The notes beneath the pieces were generated by a model, which ran no database searches, had not been told where the DNA came from, and saw nothing but the letters and a program-made list of their open reading frames with translations. The position numbers and the translations under genes are program-made. Positions 61,155 through 64,000 of a stretch of DNA of 64,000 nucleotides are shown here, piece after piece; position 1 is the stretch's first letter, and each line of letters begins with the position of its first letter. This DNA comes from an uncultured Verrucomicrobiae bacterium (lineage in GTDB: Bacteria; Verrucomicrobiota; Verrucomicrobiia; Limisphaerales; Palsa-1400), in the NCBI GenBank assembly GCA_963707025.1, contig CAVPOM010000007.1:448001-512000 (forward strand), in the 5' to 3' direction.

Positions 61155-62735
61155 ATGGCAAACGAACGGTCAATTTGGGAGAGGAGCACAATCATGCGGT
61201 TCTTCCGGTGGTTCTTCAGTGGACGCGTCATGCGACTCGCACTAAAACTATTTACCGGGGCGACCGTCATACTGGTGCTTTACTATTGCGAGGAGGATTG
61301 GCGCGGAAGCCAGGCTTGGAGCAAATATTTGGCCACTTCCGGTATCACGCCAGAACAACTGAACCTACAGAGCTACTTTCCAAAGCCAATTCCTGATGAC
61401 CAGAATTTTGCTGCGACGCCAGTCGTCAAGCGTTGGTTTGTCAAACAATCGGCAAACGTTCCGTTCAATTCTGATCGTTTCAGCAAGGCGCCAGCCTCGC
61501 TTATTCAACTACTCAAAAATGTCGAGAAGAAAAAGAACTTGCAACATTTAGATTTGGCCGCGTGGCAGAACGGGTTGAAGGAGACAGCAGCTATTGTGTC
61601 GCCGTCGAAGCGCAATGTGGAAGCTCGACCGCCATCGAGGAAGGAGGCGGCAATCGCGGTTCTCGCCGCCATGGAGGACGACGACGCCACGGTTCAATTG
61701 CTACGAGTCGCGAGCGGTCGGTCCAATTCTTTTTATCCCGTTAGTTACACGCTGGACGATCCTTGGAATATTCTACTGCCACATGACTACAATATTAAAG
61801 AACTTGCAGCCCGGCTCGAACTGAGGGCATGTGCCGAATTGGAGACAGGAAACAGCGCCAAAGCGTTCGACGATGTGATGCTTACTCTCAATTTGGCCGA
61901 TTCGCTCACCAATGAATGTATCGTGATTTCGTATTTGGTTCGCGCCGATTGTATTCACGCAGGGGTTCAGCCGATCTGGGAAGGAATCGCAGATCGGCGC
62001 TGGTCGGATTCACAACTCCAAGAGATGGAAGCGCGATTGCTCCGTTTCAATTTAATAGGTGAACTTGAGAAGCCATTGAAAACCGAAAGGGCTGTTGGGG
62101 TTCTCACCATTGATTTGACGAAGAGCAAAGGTGTGAGCTACTTGGCGCGCACTGCCTCTACCGAGCCAACGATTTTCGGTGGCATCCTTGGACCTGTCTT
62201 CGACTGCGCGATCCCTTCGGGCTGGTTCGCGCTTGAAAAGGTCAATTACTGTCGATCATTTGACACACTTTTCACCAACACATTCGATCCAGTCGCTCGA
62301 ACCGTTTCGCCCCTCCATGCTGAAGCCAATCGCCAAACGTTCAATCAGATGGCGAACGTCGGCCGGGGAACGCCAACCGGTGTAATTCTCCACCATTGGA
62401 CCGTCGCCCGACTATTTTTGCCTACCCTGCCGAAGGTTTTATTTCGAGGAGCCATCGCGCAAACTGCCGCGAATGAGGCGGCGCTTGCCTGTGCTCTGGA
62501 AAGAAATCATTTGGCGAAGGGAAAATACGCGGCCAGCCTGCAATCGCTGGTGCCCGACTGGATGCCGGCCACGCCACATGATGTAGTCGGCGGGCTGGCT
62601 TATCACTATAATCGTATAGATGCAGATCACTTTGTTGTCTATTCCATCGGCTGGGATGAAAAGGACGGTGGCGGGAAAAGTGGAGAATCACTTTTTGGCC
62701 GCGAAGGCAATTGGGTGTGGAAAAGTTCCGATTGA
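61155..62735 (+). CDS. Hypothetical membrane-anchored helical protein with GspG-like C-terminal motif
   Basis: N-terminal TM helix followed by EDWRG..AW; C-terminal ACALER...G.Y...L..LVP...VYSIGWD..D.GG. Confidence 0.8.
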   Translation: MANERSIWERSTIMRFFRWFFSGRVMRLALKLFTGATVILVLYYCEEDWRGSQAWSKYLATSGITPEQLNLQSYFPKPIPDDQNFAATPVVKRWFVKQSANVPFNSDRFSKAPASLIQLLKNVEKKKNLQHLDLAAWQNGLKETAAIVSPSKRNVEARPPSRKEAAIAVLAAMEDDDATVQLLRVASGRSNSFYPVSYTLDDPWNILLPHDYNIKELAARLELRACAELETGNSAKAFDDVMLTLNLADSLTNECIVISYLVRADCIHAGVQPIWEGIADRRWSDSQLQEMEARLLRFNLIGELEKPLKTERAVGVLTIDLTKSKGVSYLARTASTEPTIFGGILGPVFDCAIPSGWFALEKVNYCRSFDTLFTNTFDPVARTVSPLHAEANRQTFNQMANVGRGTPTGVILHHWTVARLFLPTLPKVLFRGAIAQTAANEAALACALERNHLAKGKYAASLQSLVPDWMPATPHDVVGGLAYHYNRIDADHFVVYSIGWDEKDGGGKSGESLFGREGNWVWKSSD

Positions 62736-62924
62736 ATGTCAGTGCGAATCGTAATTGAACGAGAGATGGGAGCAATGCGGCTGACGCAAGAACTGACCAT
62801 CTCGCCTTCGCGTGACGTTCGAGGCGGTCACGTCGGGCATCTTTGAACGACAATTCGAGATAACCCGACTAAACTTCCCCACTACCCATTAACGCAGGCG
62901 GCTTTAAACATTGTACTTTGGGTC

Positions 62925-64000
62925 ATGCTTTCGCCCAAAGCACAATGCAGACTGGCTGACGCCAAACGATACTTCAGGGAACACCTGGCGGCTGGTGAGT
63001 ATTACATGGAAGGCCAACAGGTGCGTGGCCAATGGTACGGCAAAGGGGCGGCGGATTTGGGGCTGTCCGGCGTCACGAATCTCGAACAATTTGAGCGGCT
63101 TTGTGAAAACCTTCATCCGCAAACGGGCCTGCGCCTGACGCTGCGCCAGAAAACTACTCGGACGGAATCGGATGTGGACGGCGCGGAGCATGAGCACGCC
63201 AACCGCCGAGTGTTTTATGATTTCACTATCTCGCCACCAAAGTCGGTTTCCATCGCCGCCCTTGTCGGCAACGACCGGCGGATTGTCGAGGCCCACGAGC
63301 GGGCGGTGACGATGGCGTTGGAGCAATTGCAATCCTTTGCCTCCACCCGCGTCCGCAAGGACGGCCAATGCACCGACCGCGCGACGGGCAACATTGTCGC
63401 CGCCACGTTTCGCCACGACACATCGCGGGCGGTGGACCCGCACTTGCACACCCACTGCATTGTCTTCAACGCCACTTATGACGCATTCGAGGGCCACTGG
63501 AAGGCATTGCAGAACCATGACATGCTCGTGGCGCAAAAGTTCGTCGAGAACGTCTATTACCACGAACTAGCGCGGTCGCTACAGGAATTTGGCTATGAGG
63601 TCGGGAGCCGGAATGTCGGCGATTTCCAGATCAAAGGCATTTCCAAGGAGCTTCGCGATTTGTTCTCCAAACGTCACCGGCAGATTGACGAGAAGACCCG
63701 CGAGTTGCTGGCCCGCCAACCTAAAAAGGCAGACAGCAACATTGCCGCCATTCGGGAGCATATCGCCCACAAGGAACGGGATAGGAAAATCCCGGAAATT
63801 GGGTTGTCCCGATTGCAGGCCGATTGGGATGGTCAAATGACGTTGGAACAATGGAAATCGTTGCGGAATCTCATTCACATCCAACCGACGAATCGGGAAG
63901 ACGCGAAGATGGTAGCGGGTCGGGCGGTCACCTGGGCGGAGGAACACTTGTTTGACAGGCGTTCGGTGGTCAATGAACACGAACTTTGGCGGCACGCGCT
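62925..64000 (+). CDS. mobF: MOBF (TrwC/TraI-type) conjugative relaxase, runs off the window and is missing from the ORF track
   Basis: My translation from ATG 62925: MLSPK..RYF..H...EYY..G.W.G.GA..LGL, YDFTISPPKSVS and HUH motif FRHDTSRAVDPHLHTH. Confidence 0.93.
   Translation, partial: MLSPKAQCRLADAKRYFREHLAAGEYYMEGQQVRGQWYGKGAADLGLSGVTNLEQFERLCENLHPQTGLRLTLRQKTTRTESDVDGAEHEHANRRVFYDFTISPPKSVSIAALVGNDRRIVEAHERAVTMALEQLQSFASTRVRKDGQCTDRATGNIVAATFRHDTSRAVDPHLHTHCIVFNATYDAFEGHWKALQNHDMLVAQKFVENVYYHELARSLQEFGYEVGSRNVGDFQIKGISKELRDLFSKRHRQIDEKTRELLARQPKKADSNIAAIREHIAHKERDRKIPEIGLSRLQADWDGQMTLEQWKSLRNLIHIQPTNREDAKMVAGRAVTWAEEHLFDRRSVVNEHELWRHA

Larger units (their letters stand above)
35140..64000. 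mobile_element. MOBF-type integrative conjugative/mobilisable element; right end lies outside the window
   Basis: Abrupt shift to lower GC, truncated host gene at the boundary, arm-like repeats, four excisionase-like HTH genes, ParA/TraL-like gene and TrwC relaxase. No integrase is seen in the window. Confidence 0.75.

Noticed and set aside
60940..61396. C-terminal tail of the 1534-aa ORF
   Set aside because: It is out of frame after an indel and overlaps the next gene; the plausible ending is in ORF 60924..61133.

Overview
GC-rich bacterial DNA that looks like Verrucomicrobia (Pedosphaerales-like), judging by the protein families and repeats. Scattered single-base indels suggest an imperfectly polished long-read assembly. 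The first ~35 kb is host chromosome: a giant membrane protein with an internal pilin-like domain, kdpDE, several secreted glycoside hydrolases (GH125, GH27, GH127, GH16, a six-hairpin GH, a truncated GH5), a B12 radical SAM protein, bcp, a Ser/Thr kinase between tRNA-Met(CAT) and tRNA-Tyr, a C25 peptidase, and several REP-carrying MITEs, one nested in another. From ~35.14 kb to the window end the sequence is visibly more AT-rich and looks like a MOBF integrative/mobilisable element, with excisionase-like HTH genes, a stb/traKLM-like trio, a candidate oriT and a TrwC-type relaxase. Two observations stand out. (1) An eight-gene cargo operon (37.6-48.9 kb) joins a Zn-ribbon TRAFAC GTPase and a GAP1-N2 transmembrane receptor-like protein to two GYF-domain membrane proteins, a MotA/TolQ/ExbB channel and two ExbD-like coiled-coil proteins. 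(2) A candidate exported selenoprotein (32.9-34.3 kb) has an in-frame UGA in a U-P-S-C motif followed by a SECIS-like hairpin. All domain calls come from motif recognition by eye; no searches were run.
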